NCBI GenBank assembly: GCA_038212275.1
Contig: JBBQUR010000010.1
Location: 96,001 to 160,000 of the forward strand
Reading direction: 5' to 3'
Length of the DNA: 64,000 nt
DNA from: Planctomycetota bacterium
Lineage (GTDB): Bacteria > Planctomycetota > B15-G4
In this document: piece after piece, positions 10,355 to 21,600 of the stretch
Position numbering within the stretch: position 1 is the stretch's first letter
Layout of the letters: every line of letters begins with the position of its first letter
The notes under the pieces: generated by a model
Database searches by the model: none
Seen by the model: the letters and a program-made list of their open reading frames with translations, nothing else
Told to the model about the DNA's origin: nothing
Position numbers and translations under genes: made by a program

Positions 10355-10975
10355 ATGTTCCGGAGTTGTGATCGCTGCGAGAAGCCGGCCACCGTGCATC
10401 TGACGGAGATCAAGGCCGGCGCCAAGACCGAGCGCCATCTGTGCGAGGACTGCGCGCGCACGCTGCACGCCCCGCAGCCCAGCCAGGAGCTGCTGAAGCT
10501 CATGAAGTCCTTCGAGCCGGCGCAGTCGCTGTCCGGCACCGGGGCGGGCGAGCTGGCCCGCGCCTGCCCGGAGTGCGGCATGACCTACGCGGAGTTCCGC
10601 CAGCAGGGGCGCTTCGGCTGCGCGAAGGACTACGAGATCTTCGGCGACGAGATCGAGAAGCTGCTGAAGAAGATCCACGGCATTGCGCGCTACACCGGCA
10701 AGTCGCCCAAGGGCGGCACGGTGGAGGGCGGGCTGCGGCTGGATGCGCTGGCCAAGGCGCGCAAGGCGCTGGGCGAGGCCGTCGAGTCCGAGAACTACGA
10801 GGAGGCCGCGCGCCTGCGCGACGAGATCCGCAGGCTGGCCGACGCGCCGTCGACCATCGTGCCGGCCGCCGCGCGCGGTTCGCGCGGGCCGGGAGCGGGT
10901 GCCCCGAAGTCCAGCAGCCCCGAGTCCGGGCCGGGCAAGCCGCCGGGCAGCGTCAAGGGCGGGGCGGAGAGCTGA
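10355..10975 (+). CDS. mcsA: McsA-like activator (CxxC motifs + UVR domain)
   Basis: CDRC, CEDC, CPECG, GRFGC, ENYEEAARLRDEI; directly upstream of mcsB. Confidence 0.9.
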   Translation: MFRSCDRCEKPATVHLTEIKAGAKTERHLCEDCARTLHAPQPSQELLKLMKSFEPAQSLSGTGAGELARACPECGMTYAEFRQQGRFGCAKDYEIFGDEIEKLLKKIHGIARYTGKSPKGGTVEGGLRLDALAKARKALGEAVESENYEEAARLRDEIRRLADAPSTIVPAAARGSRGPGAGAPKSSSPESGPGKPPGSVKGGAES

Positions 10976-10976
10976 C

Positions 10977-12068
10977 GTGGCGGGCAACGGACACGAGCTG
11001 CCGCAGCTGCCGGACCTCTGGCTGCTGAAGTCGGGCCGCGAGCAGGACGTCGTCGTGTCGTCGCGCATGCGGCTGGCGCGCAACGTGGACGGCTTCCACT
11101 TCAAGTCGCGCTTCCGCAGCGGCGAGGGCGAGCGACTCGAGGCGCACCTGCGCGGCGTGCTGCAGGCGGCCGATCCGACGCTGCAGTACGCCTCGATGAC
11201 CGACCTGACGCCCACGCTGCGCGAGGTCCTGTTCGAGCGCCACATCGTCAGCGCCGAGCACGTCACCGACAAGCATCCGCGCGGCGTGGCCTACAGCGCC
11301 GAGGGCACGACCTCCGTGCTGGTGAACGAGGAAGATCACCTGCGCATCCAGGTTTTTGCGCCGGGGCTCGAGCTGGCCGAGCTGGACCGCCGCGTCAACG
11401 AGCTGGATGACACGCTGGCGCGCTACGTGAGTTTCAGCTTCAGCGAGCGCTACGGCTATCTCACGACGTGCCCGACGAACACCGGCACCGGGCTGCGCGT
11501 CAGCGTCATGCTGCACCTGCCGGCGCTCTCCTTCCGCGGCGAGTCCAAGACGGGCCAGCCGCTGGAGCAGGGCATTGTGAAAGTTCACAAGGCCGCACAG
11601 AAACTGGGCCTCACGGTGCGCGGCACGCACGGCGAGAGCAGCCGCGCGGAGGGCGATTTCTACCAGATCAGCAACCAGGTCACATTGGGTTGTGCGCCGT
11701 CCAAGTCCATTGCGGATCTCGCCGCGGTGCTCGCGCACGTCATCGAGTACGAGCGCAACTCGCGCAACATCCTGCTGAAGGATGACCGCACGCGCCTCGA
11801 AGACGTCGTGTGGCGCGCCTGGGCCATCCTCGGCAACGCGCGGCGCATTTCGTCGCGCGAGGCGCTGGCGCACCTCTCCGCGCTGCGATTGGGAAGCTGC
11901 CTCGGCCTGATCGACCACGTCTCGCTGCCGACGCTGCACGCGCTCATGGTGACGATGCGCTCCGGCCACCTGCAGTTCCAGGCCGGCCGCGAGCTCCAGC
12001 CCAGAGAGCGCGACACGCTCCGCGCGCAGCTGCTGCGCGAGACGCTGGCGCGCCCGCCGAGGAAGTGA
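10977..12068 (+). CDS. mcsB: Protein arginine kinase (ATP:guanido phosphotransferase family)
   Basis: SSRMRLARN, VNEEDHLRIQ, GYLTTCPTNTGTGLRVSVMLHLP, YQISNQVTLG; GTG start right after the mcsA stop. Confidence 0.93.
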   Translation: MAGNGHELPQLPDLWLLKSGREQDVVVSSRMRLARNVDGFHFKSRFRSGEGERLEAHLRGVLQAADPTLQYASMTDLTPTLREVLFERHIVSAEHVTDKHPRGVAYSAEGTTSVLVNEEDHLRIQVFAPGLELAELDRRVNELDDTLARYVSFSFSERYGYLTTCPTNTGTGLRVSVMLHLPALSFRGESKTGQPLEQGIVKVHKAAQKLGLTVRGTHGESSRAEGDFYQISNQVTLGCAPSKSIADLAAVLAHVIEYERNSRNILLKDDRTRLEDVVWRAWAILGNARRISSREALAHLSALRLGSCLGLIDHVSLPTLHALMVTMRSGHLQFQAGRELQPRERDTLRAQLLRETLARPPRK

Positions 12069-12736
12069 TCCGCACCGAAGCTGAATATCGCGAGGCGCTC
12101 GCCCGGCTGGCGGCCGAGCGAAAGCGCTTGCGTGAGCAGGACAAGCAGTTGCGAGCCGAGGGCGTCGCGCCGGCATCCCGCAAGCGGCTGCTTGATCCGC
12201 AGCGTTCGTTCTCCGAGCAGATCGCCGAGGAGGTCGCCAGCTACGGGCGGCTTCGGGACGGCGACGTGGGAGAGCTGGAAAACCTGCACGGCCTCGGCCG
12301 CCTGCTCATCGCCTTGCGCATCGCCCGCGGGATGACCCAGCGCGATCTCGCGGAGCAACTGGCCGTCCACGAGACGCAGGTGTCCCGCGATGAGCGCAAC
12401 GAGTATCAGGGCGTGACGGTCGAGCGCGCCAGCCGCATCATGGATGCGCTGAAGGCCAGCGTCCGCACGACGGTTCGGCGCAAGGGCTCCCCGGCAGGTC
12501 CAGCGCCGGTTGTGCGGGATGCCAGCGCCAGCACCGGATTCCGCTGCGTCGCCTTCCCCGCCCGACTCCCCGTGGCCCGGCGGCAGCGGGTTCGCCATAC
12601 TCTGCGGGCGCAGGCCGGCGGCGTCGGCACGCGGTTCACGGCTGTTCCCGGCAAGGCCGGGCGGGCCGGATGCCGATGCTATAGGCCGCCGGACCTGTGC
12701 CGGAACTCGCCGCCGCCCGATGACGTCGGCGCCTGA
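12065..12736 (+). CDS. XRE-family helix-turn-helix protein (HigA-like N-terminus) with low-complexity tail
   Basis: GTG start overlaps the mcsB stop (GTGA); MIRTEAEYREAL...LIALRIARGMTQRDLAEQLAVHETQVSRDERNEY. Confidence 0.8.
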   Translation: MIRTEAEYREALARLAAERKRLREQDKQLRAEGVAPASRKRLLDPQRSFSEQIAEEVASYGRLRDGDVGELENLHGLGRLLIALRIARGMTQRDLAEQLAVHETQVSRDERNEYQGVTVERASRIMDALKASVRTTVRRKGSPAGPAPVVRDASASTGFRCVAFPARLPVARRQRVRHTLRAQAGGVGTRFTAVPGKAGRAGCRCYRPPDLCRNSPPPDDVGA

Positions 12737-12792
12737 CGAAACCCGCGCCGACGAAACCCGACCGCCCGCCTCCCTAACCGAGGGCTGCACCC

Positions 12793-15336
12793 ATGTTCGA
12801 CCGCTTCACAGACCGCGCCCGCAAGGTCATGAACCTTGCCAAGAGCGAGGCCCAGCGCCTCAACCACGAGTACATCGGCACCGAGCACATCCTGCTCGGC
12901 CTGGTGCAGGAGGGGTCCGGCGTCGCGGCGAACGTGCTGCGCAACATGGGCATCGACCTCAAGCGCATCCGCGCCGAGATCGAGAAGCTCGTCAAGGGCA
13001 GCTCCACCGTGGTGCCGATGGGCAACCTGCCCTTCACGCCGCGCGCCAAGAAGGTGCTGGAGCTCTCCCTCGAGGAGGCCAGCCAGCTCGGCCACAACTA
13101 CATCGGCACGGAGCACCTGCTGCTGGGCCTGATCAAGGAGAGCGAGGGCATCGCCGCGCGCGTGCTCACCAACCTCGGCGTCAAGCTCGAGGACGTGCGC
13201 GAGGAGGTGCTGGAGTTTCTCGGTGCGCCGCAGGGCGGCGAGGAGGCCGAGGAGGGCAGCGAGCGGCCCGGCGGCGCGAGCGGCACGCCGGCCGAAGAGA
13301 GCAGCGAGCCCGGCGAGGCCGGCCCGCGCGCGGGCGGCAAGGGCAAGACCCCGGCGCTCAATGCCTTCGGCCGCGACCTCACCAAGCTGGCGCGCGAGAA
13401 CCACCTGGACCCGGTCATCGGGCGCAGCGACGAGATCGAGCGCGTGATCCAGATCCTGTCGCGCCGCACGAAGAACAACCCGGTGCTGCTCGGCGAGGCC
13501 GGCGTGGGCAAGACGGCCATCGTCGAGGGCCTCGCGCAGAACATCGTGAACGCCGAGGTGCCGGAGATCCTCAAGAACAAGCGCCTCGTCGTGCTGGACC
13601 TCGCGATGATGGTCGCCGGCACCAAGTACCGCGGGCAGTTCGAGGAGCGCATCAAGTCGGTGATGAACGAGGTGCGCCGCGCCAAGAACATCATCCTGTT
13701 CATCGACGAGCTGCACACGCTGGTCGGCGCGGGCGGCGCCGAGGGCGCGATCGACGCGAGCAACGTGCTGAAGCCCGCGTTGTCCCGCGGCGAGATCCAG
13801 TGCATCGGCGCGACGACGCTCACCGAGTACCGCAAGTACATCGAGAAGGACGCCGCGCTCGAGCGCCGCTTCCAGAGCGTCATGGTCGAGCCGCCGACGC
13901 CGCCGCAGACTCTGGAGATTCTCAAGGGACTGCGCGAGCGCTACGAGAAGCACCACAACGTGCAGATCACCGACGGCGCGCTGGAGCTCGCGGTCGAGCT
14001 GTCCACGCGATACATCACCAACCGCTTCCATCCGGACAAGGCCATCGACGTGATGGACGAGGCCGGCGCCCGCGTGCGCCTCAAGGCCATGACCGCGCCG
14101 CCGGACCTCAAGGAGCTCGAGGTCGAGATCCTCAAGCTGGACAAGGAAAAGGAGGAGTGCGTCGCGGAGCAGGACTTCGAGCGCGCCGCCTACCTGCGCG
14201 ACTACGCCGACAAGCTGCGCAAGAAGCGCGACCAGATCGAGCACGACTGGAAGAGCAACTCCACCGAGGTGGACGGCACCGTGGACGAGGACGTCATCGC
14301 GGAGACGGTCAGCAAGATGACCGGCGTGCCGCTCACGCGCCTCGACAAGGGCGAGGCGCAGCGCCTGCTCAAGATGGAGGACGAGCTGCACCGCACGGTG
14401 ATCTCGCAGCACGAGGCCATCGTCGCCATCTCCAAGGCCGTGCGCCGTTCGCGCGCGGGCCTGAAGGATCCCAAGCGCCCGATGGGCAGCTTCCTCTTCC
14501 TCGGCCCGACGGGCGTCGGCAAGACGCACCTCACCAAGCAGCTCGCGAAGTTCCTCTTCGGCAGCGAAGAGGCGCTCGTGCAGATCGACATGTCCGAGTA
14601 CATGGAGAAGCACAACGCCAGCCGGCTGGTGGGTGCGCCTCCGGGCTACGTCGGTTTCGAGGAGGGCGGCCAGCTCACCGAGAAGATCCGCCGTCGCCCC
14701 TACGCGGTGGTGCTGCTGGACGAGATCGAGAAGGCGCACGCGGACATCTACAACATGCTGCTGCAGATCATGGAGGAAGGCCGGCTCACGGACTCCTTCG
14801 GGCGGCAGGTGGACTTCCGCAACGTGCTGCTGATCATGACCAGCAACATCGGCGCGAACATCATCAAGAACCAGGCGGGCCTGGGCTTCTCGTCGCGCGA
14901 TCAGGACAAGTCCTACGGCAAGATGAAGAGCAACCTCATGAACGAGGTCAACCGCCACTTCAGGCCGGAATTCCTGAACAGGCTCGACGACGTCATCGTC
15001 TTCAAGCCGCTGCAGAGCGAGGACCTCGTGCGCATCCTCGACATCGAGCTGCGCGGCATCCGCGACCGGCTGCAGCAGCGCGGCCTGAAGCTGGAGCTCT
15101 CGCCGATGGCGACGGAGCTGATCATCAAGAACGGCACGAACCTCGACATGGGCGCGCGGCCGCTGCGCCGCGCGGTCGAGCGCTTCCTCGAGGACGCGCT
15201 CTCCGAGGAACTGCTCAAGGGCGCCTTCGAGGGAGCCAAGCGCATCCTCGCCGACGCGGCGGCGCTGGACTCCGAGACGCTGACCTTCACCGGCGTGGGC
15301 GCGGAGGCCGAAGTGCCCTCCACTTCAACGACCTGA
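12793..15336 (+). CDS. clpC: ATP-dependent Clp protease ATP-binding subunit ClpC
   Basis: [12 protein letters not shown]lp-N repeats, two Walker A motifs ([16 protein letters not shown]), UVR domain, MGF-like loop LGF. Confidence 0.96.
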   Translation: MFDRFTDRARKVMNLAKSEAQRLNHEYIGTEHILLGLVQEGSGVAANVLRNMGIDLKRIRAEIEKLVKGSSTVVPMGNLPFTPRAKKVLELSLEEASQLGHNYIGTEHLLLGLIKESEGIAARVLTNLGVKLEDVREEVLEFLGAPQGGEEAEEGSERPGGASGTPAEESSEPGEAGPRAGGKGKTPALNAFGRDLTKLARENHLDPVIGRSDEIERVIQILSRRTKNNPVLLGEAGVGKTAIVEGLAQNIVNAEVPEILKNKRLVVLDLAMMVAGTKYRGQFEERIKSVMNEVRRAKNIILFIDELHTLVGAGGAEGAIDASNVLKPALSRGEIQCIGATTLTEYRKYIEKDAALERRFQSVMVEPPTPPQTLEILKGLRERYEKHHNVQITDGALELAVELSTRYITNRFHPDKAIDVMDEAGARVRLKAMTAPPDLKELEVEILKLDKEKEECVAEQDFERAAYLRDYADKLRKKRDQIEHDWKSNSTEVDGTVDEDVIAETVSKMTGVPLTRLDKGEAQRLLKMEDELHRTVISQHEAIVAISKAVRRSRAGLKDPKRPMGSFLFLGPTGVGKTHLTKQLAKFLFGSEEALVQIDMSEYMEKHNASRLVGAPPGYVGFEEGGQLTEKIRRRPYAVVLLDEIEKAHADIYNMLLQIMEEGRLTDSFGRQVDFRNVLLIMTSNIGANIIKNQAGLGFSSRDQDKSYGKMKSNLMNEVNRHFRPEFLNRLDDVIVFKPLQSEDLVRILDIELRGIRDRLQQRGLKLELSPMATELIIKNGTNLDMGARPLRRAVERFLEDALSEELLKGAFEGAKRILADAAALDSETLTFTGVGAEAEVPSTSTT

Positions 15337-15387
15337 GTTCAGCGCGTCGACGACGCGCCGGGCAGCAGCCCGCGATGTACCGCAAAC

Positions 15388-15427
15388 CAGCCGGCCACGC
15401 TCTCCGCAAGGAAGGCGTGGCCGGCTG
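15388..15427 (+). terminator. Strong hairpin downstream of clpC (terminator-like, no U-tract)
   Basis: CAGCCGGCCACGC...GCGTGGCCGGCTG 13-bp stem topped by TCC-GCAA-GGA. Confidence 0.5.
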
Positions 15428-15883
15428 CGTTGCGCAGGATGTCGTGCGCCTCAGGGCACGTTGCCTCGCAGCGCGTTGCCGAGAGCCACGCCGTGAGGCG
15501 CGCAGGGCCAGCGATCCCGTGCGTCGCTGTTCCGAAGCCTCACCGCAGCCCGGCCGCCGCTGTCACATGGGCCACGGCGCGACGCGCACCGTGGTCCGCG
15601 CTCCGCCGCACCGCCTCGGAGTGATGAACGGTTCACTCGGCGAGGCGTGAACGGAGCAGGCCGAGTGCAGGCGTTTCATCCCGGCGCCCGGCGCATGGAT
15701 CCGCGCGACTCCACGCGGCGCGGGCTTGCCCGATCCAGTCATACTGGAAGGCCGCGGACGGTACACCGTCGTCCGAGTCGCGCGCCCATTCTCGAGCGCG
15801 TCCGCGTGACGGAGCGCGTCCCCGCTACCGAGCCTGTGCGTGTGCCTATGCGTGTGCGTGCCAACCTTCGAGTGAGGAACCCG

Positions 15884-18439
15884 ATGCAAGTCTTCTTCAG
15901 GGTGCGCCGCCTCCCGCGCCGCAGCACTCGCCGTCCGACCTCCCTCGTCACGACGCTGCTGCTCAGCGCCCTCGTGACCGCAGTCGCCGGAGCACAGAAC
16001 GCGCCGGCGGCGGTGGCGCCGGCGGCACCGAACTCGCCGGCGCCGCAAGGCGGGCCGGCGCAGCAGGACGCGCCGGCTCCTCCCGCTGCGCCCTGGACCG
16101 CTGAGGATGGCGGCGGCATCGAGTGGCTCGGCGGCGCGCCGCCGCCCGCGCCCGAGGAGCTCGCGCGCAACCCCGCTGCCTTCGAAGACCTGCTCACGGA
16201 GAACGGACTGTCGCTCGACCTGGAGGGAGGCTCCGTCGCGGTGCGGGGCGGCACGCTGCACGACCAGACCACGCTGGGTTATCCGATCGAATACCTCGTC
16301 GTCACGGACCGGGGCCGCACGCACGAGGCGCTGTTCGTGGTGAAGACGCAGCCGTCGCTGCTCGACGCGTGCCTGCGCGCGCTCGGCCTGCGGCCCGGCA
16401 CGCCGATGCGCTTCCGGCTCAAGGAAGATCAGCCCTCGCAGGAGGAGATCGACGCCGGCACAGCCTCGCCGTGGGACCCGGTGCCGTCGTCGGGCCCGCT
16501 CGTCGCGATCGATGTCAGCTGGACCGACGACGCCGGGCGCCAGCACCGCACGAGCCTGGAGTCGCTGCTGGTGGACGGGCTCACGGGTGAGCCGCTGCCC
16601 GAGGAGGACTGGGTCTACACGGGCAGCGCCTTCGGCACGCTGCGCCAGGGGCGGCGGGACGTGCAGGCCTTCGTCGCGGACCTGCAGGGCGATGTCGTCG
16701 CGATCTACCTCACGGGGCAGGGCGCGGCGCTGCTCGAGCGCAACTCGATCGACGGCGTGGACGATGCGCGTTACCTGCTCAACGCGGACACGATGCCGTC
16801 GCGCGGCACGCCGGTGACGATGCACTTCTCGCGCACGGGCCGCTCGACGGCGCCGTCGCCGTCGCGCGCGACGGCTCCCGTCGTGGCCGGCGACACGGGT
16901 GCGAAGCTGGATGACTTTCTCACGCATCTCGTGCCGTGGGGCTTCTCGGGCGTGGTCGCGGTGCAGCGCGGCAACGAGCTGCTGCTGCACAAGGGTTACG
17001 GCCTCGCGGATCGCGAGACGGGCCTCGCCGTCGACACGGGCAGCGTGTTTCCGCTCTCGTCGCTGAGCAAGCAATTCACCGCAGCGCTCATCCTTCGACT
17101 CGCGGCGGACGGCAAGCTGGACCTCGACGACATCATCTCGCGCTCCCTCAGGCGCGTGCCGGAGGACAAGGCGGGCATCACGGTGCGGCAGCTCCTTCAG
17201 CACACCTCCGGCCTGCCCGAGGACAGCGCGTCCGCGGCGACTTCCGCAGACCGCTCCGCGGCCGTCGCGGCCGTGCTCGCCTCGCCGCTGCTCGCCGAGC
17301 CGGGCACGGCCTTCTCCTACAGCAATGCCGGCTACGTGCTGCTCGCGGCCATTGCCGAGGAAGCGGCCGGCGCGACCTACCGCTCGCTGCTCGCGGAACA
17401 CATCCTCGGGCCGGCGAACATGATCGACACCGGCCTCTTCGGCGAGCCGATGTGGGACGGCAGCCAGCTCGTGCATGGCTACCAGGACGGCGCCGACGCG
17501 CTTGCGGAAGCCGTCGCGCGACACGGACTGCAAGGCACGGCGCTCGGGCGCGATGTCGGCACGCCGGCCAAGGGCGCGCTCGCATGGAACCGGCTCGGCG
17601 CCGGCGCGGCCGTGGCCACGGTGCGGGACGTGCTGCGCTGGGAGAACGCGTTGCGCGACGGAAAGATCATCCCGGCCGAGTCGCTGGCCGTGATGTTCAC
17701 GCCTGGCCTCGACCACTACGGCACCGCGTGGTGGATCGAGCCCACCGCGCACGGCCGGCTCGCGTGGCACGACGGCATCATGCCGGGCTTCCGCATCGAG
17801 GTGCAGCGCTACCTCGACGAGGACCTGACAGTCATCGTCGCCGCCAACGCGGAGATCAACAGCGTGGCGTATCCCGTCGCGGCCATCGCCTTCGGCCAGG
17901 ACGTGCCGCTGCCGCCGCAGGTGGAGCCCACGCTCCCGCCGCCGCCCGCCGGGCAGGGCGCGGCGGATCAAGGCACGTCGGGCGCGCGCACCTTGGACGA
18001 CACGCTGGGTGACACAGCGGGCGCGCGCGGCGAGCTCCGCAACGGCGTCGCCGAAGCGTTGAAGCTCGCCGGCGACTACGCGGACGGCGTCACGCAGGCG
18101 CCGCTCTTCACGCTGCGCGCGATCGGCGACGAACTCTTCCTCGTCGCGTCCGCGGAGGCGGTGTACGAGCAGCTCGGCCCGGCCTTCGGCTTCCGTGCCG
18201 CGACGCTGAAGGACCGCATGTCCCGTCGCGGCGGGCTGCGCTTGCGGCCCGTGCACGGCAGCGGGCCCGCGTCGACCTGGCCCCTGGAGTGGGAGGCCTT
18301 CGAGGCCTCGACCCTCGGCACCGTGCTGCTGCGGGGATCGATCCCCGGCGTCGCGGGATGCACGGCCGGCGTGACGCTCTCCTCCGGCGATGCCGCCGCC
18401 GACGCGGCTCCGCTGCTGTCGGCCTGTCGCACGCCGTGA
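15884..18439 (+). CDS. Secreted fusion protein: YdjY-like N-terminal domain + class C beta-lactamase-like serine hydrolase
   Basis: GAGGA RBS before ATG 15884; signal peptide; IEYLVVTDRGRTHEALF...ALGLRPG; SLSK (SxxK), LLQHTSG, FSYSNAGY (YxN), WHDG. Confidence 0.75.
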   Translation: MQVFFRVRRLPRRSTRRPTSLVTTLLLSALVTAVAGAQNAPAAVAPAAPNSPAPQGGPAQQDAPAPPAAPWTAEDGGGIEWLGGAPPPAPEELARNPAAFEDLLTENGLSLDLEGGSVAVRGGTLHDQTTLGYPIEYLVVTDRGRTHEALFVVKTQPSLLDACLRALGLRPGTPMRFRLKEDQPSQEEIDAGTASPWDPVPSSGPLVAIDVSWTDDAGRQHRTSLESLLVDGLTGEPLPEEDWVYTGSAFGTLRQGRRDVQAFVADLQGDVVAIYLTGQGAALLERNSIDGVDDARYLLNADTMPSRGTPVTMHFSRTGRSTAPSPSRATAPVVAGDTGAKLDDFLTHLVPWGFSGVVAVQRGNELLLHKGYGLADRETGLAVDTGSVFPLSSLSKQFTAALILRLAADGKLDLDDIISRSLRRVPEDKAGITVRQLLQHTSGLPEDSASAATSADRSAAVAAVLASPLLAEPGTAFSYSNAGYVLLAAIAEEAAGATYRSLLAEHILGPANMIDTGLFGEPMWDGSQLVHGYQDGADALAEAVARHGLQGTALGRDVGTPAKGALAWNRLGAGAAVATVRDVLRWENALRDGKIIPAESLAVMFTPGLDHYGTAWWIEPTAHGRLAWHDGIMPGFRIEVQRYLDEDLTVIVAANAEINSVAYPVAAIAFGQDVPLPPQVEPTLPPPPAGQGAADQGTSGARTLDDTLGDTAGARGELRNGVAEALKLAGDYADGVTQAPLFTLRAIGDELFLVASAEAVYEQLGPAFGFRAATLKDRMSRRGGLRLRPVHGSGPASTWPLEWEAFEASTLGTVLLRGSIPGVAGCTAGVTLSSGDAAADAAPLLSACRTP

Positions 18440-18604
18440 GGGGCGTGCGCTTTCCGCTGCGCTGAGCGCACGGCGACGGTGCGGATCGTCGATCGATTCT
18501 CGCGCGACACGCCGCCCGCATCGCCACATCCTCGCCGCGGGTGAGGCACTCGCGTGACATGCGCACGGACCGGTAGGCTCTCGCCCTTCCTCGGGGGCCT
18601 GTTC

Positions 18605-21600
18605 ATGCTGCGATCGATCCACGAAGTCACTTCGTCGCCGTCCATCCCGCTGCGTGCCGCGCTGGTGCTGGCGTGCTGCGCCGCCCCGACGACCGTCGCC
18701 GCGGCCCGCGACACGTCGAGTGCTCTGCCGGCGCCACCCGCGGCCAATGTGCCGCCGCCCGCGCTCGTCGCGGCCTCGGACACGACGCCCGATGCGGGCA
18801 TGCTGCGCTACCCGGACATCAGCGCGAGCCAGATCGCCTTCGTCTACGCCGACGACATCTGGGTCGTGTCGCGGGACGGCGGCCAGGCCGCGCCGCTCGC
18901 CAGCCCGGCGGGGCCGGAGCTCTTCCCGCGCTTCTCGCCGGACGGGAAGACGCTCGCCTTCGTCGGCAACTACGACGGCAACCGCGACCTGTACACGCTG
19001 GAGGTCGGGGGCGGCCTCGCGAAGCGCATCACGCACCACCCGATGCCCGAGCAGCTCTGCGACTGGACGCCCGACGGCAGCTCGCTGATCTTCGCGAGCG
19101 GGCACGCCGCGCCGCTCGGCGGTCGCCAGTCGCAGCTCTTCACCGTGGCCGCGGGCGGCGGCCTGCCGGTGAGACTGCCCGTGCCCTACGGCGGCAACGG
19201 CGCCCTCTCCGCGGACGGCCAATGGCTGGCCTACGTGCCGGTGCCCTTCGACTTCCGCACGTGGAAGCGCTACGAGGGCGGCACCGCGATGGACGTGTGG
19301 CTCTTCGATCTGCAGAACCACGTCTCGCGCCGCATGACCGACTGGGCCGGCACCGACACGCAACCGATGTGGCACGGCAAGACCGTGTACTACCTCTCGG
19401 ACGCGGGCAGCAATCACGTCCTCAACCTGTGGTCCTTCGACACGCTGAGCGGCGCGCGCAGCCAGTCGACGGACCTCGGCGACTTCGACGTGCGCTGGCC
19501 GGCCATCGGCCCGGGGCCCGACGGCTCGGGCGAGATCGTGTTCCAGCACGGCAGCGCGCTGAAGGTCTTCGACTGCAAGACGCGCAACGTGCGCACGGTG
19601 CCGGTGACCATCCCCGGCGACCGGCCGACGCTGCGCCCGCGCACCGTGGACGTCGCGGAAGCGGCCAGTTCGTGGAGCCTCTCGCCCTCGGGCAAGCGCG
19701 CGCTGTGCGAGGCGCGCTGCGACATCTGGACGCTGGGCGCCGAGAACGGCAGCCCGCGCAACCTCACCGCCACCGACGGCGTCTCCGAGCGCTACCCCGC
19801 GTGGAGCCCGGACGGCGAGTGGGTCGCCTACAGCAGCGACGCCGACGGCGAATACGAGCTGTGGATGCGCGCCTCGGACGGCAAGGGCGCGCCGCGTCAG
19901 CTCACCGACGGCCACGCCGCCTTCTTCTCCGACGTGCAGTGGTCGCCCGACAGCGCGCGGCTGTCCTTCAGCGACCAGCTCGGCACGCTGTATGTGCACG
20001 ACGTGAAGGCCGGCACGACGTCCACGGTGGACAAGGATCCGTTCGCCGCCACCCCGGAAGTGTCGTGGTCGCACGACGGAAGCTGGCTGGCTTACACGAA
20101 GACCGGCGACAACCAGCTCACCTCGCTCTGGCTCCATGACACGCAGGCCGGCAGCACGGCGCAGCTCACGGCCGGCCGCTTCCGCGACACGTCGCCGGCC
20201 TTCGACCGCGAGGGCAAGTATCTGTTCTTCGCCAGCGCGCGCGACATCAGCCAGCCGATCTACGAGGACCTCGGCACCACCTTCGTCTACGCCGCGACGC
20301 AGCGTCTGCTGCTCGTGCCGCTGCGCGCCGACGTGCCCTCGCCGTGGCTGCCCGAGAGCGACGAGGAACTCTACGGCGCTGCGAAGGAGAAGGCCGCCGC
20401 GGAGCACGAGGGCAAGGGTCACGCGGACAGCAAGCACGACAAGGCCGACGACGACGACGCGGCCGACGAGGACGGTCGCGGCGGCGATCACGAGGACGGT
20501 GATGACGACGACGCCCACGACGATGATCACGACGACACGCCCGCGGCCGACGGCAAGTCGGCTGCGGACAAGCCGAAGGAGCGGCTGAAGATCGACGTGG
20601 AGGGCTTCGAGCGCCGCGCGATCCTGCTGCCCGTGGAGCGCGGCAGCTTCGGCGGCCTGCAGGTCGATCACGAAGGCAAGCTGATCTTTGCACGCGGCGC
20701 CGCGCCGGGCAGCGACGAGCCGCCCTCCATCCGGCTCTTCGACCCCGCCGCGAAGGATGCGGAAGGCCAGAAGGAAGAGGTGCTGGCCGAGAAGGCCGAC
20801 GAGTTCGCGCTGTCCGCAGACGGCGAGAAGCTTCTCGTCGTCACCGACGGCGAGGTGAGCATCCGCAACGCCGCGCCCGGCGCGAAGGCCAAGCCGGTGA
20901 GCACGGCCGGCATGACGGTCACGGTGGATCCGCGCGCCGAGTGGCGCGAGATCTACGTCGACGCGTGGCGCCGCTACCGCGACTGGTTCTACGACCCGAA
21001 CATGCACGGCGTGAACTGGCCGCAGATGCGCACGCGTTACGAGGCGCTGCTCGCCGAGTGCGTGTCACGCGAGGATGTCTCGTACGTGATCCGCGAGCTC
21101 ATCAGCGAGCTCAACGTCGGTCACGCCTACTACAACACCGGCGAGTCGGAGGATCAGCCGGAGATGTCGGTGGGTCTGCTCGGCGTGGACTTCGCGCTGG
21201 AGCAGGGCGCCTATCGCATCGCGACGATCTTCGAAGGCGCGCCGTGGGATGTGGACGCGCGCGGGCCGCTGTCGCAGCCGGGCGTGGCCGTCAAGGCCGG
21301 CGACTGGCTGCTCGCGGTGGACGGCGTTCCGCTCGACACGACTCGGGATCCGTGGGCCGCGTTCCAGGACAAGGCCGGCCGCGTGGTCACGCTGACCGTG
21401 AGCGACAAGCCGACGCTCGAGGCCGCGACGACCGTCGCCGCCGCATCCGCGGTCACGCAGCCCGCGGTCACGCAGCCCGCGGTCACGCAGCCGGGGGTCA
21501 CGCAGCCGGCGGGATCGCAGCCCGCCGCGCCCACTGCCACTGCCACGGCCACGGCCACCGGCCAGCGCGACGTGATCGTGGAGCCGATCGCGAGCGAGAG

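Noticed and set aside
15563..21007. 1814-aa minus-strand ORF, and similar long antisense ORFs (1418-4114, 12679-14958, 33605-35626, 57542-59923)
   Set aside because: Shadow ORFs opposite well-supported genes; expected from stop-codon scarcity at very high GC; no recognisable motifs
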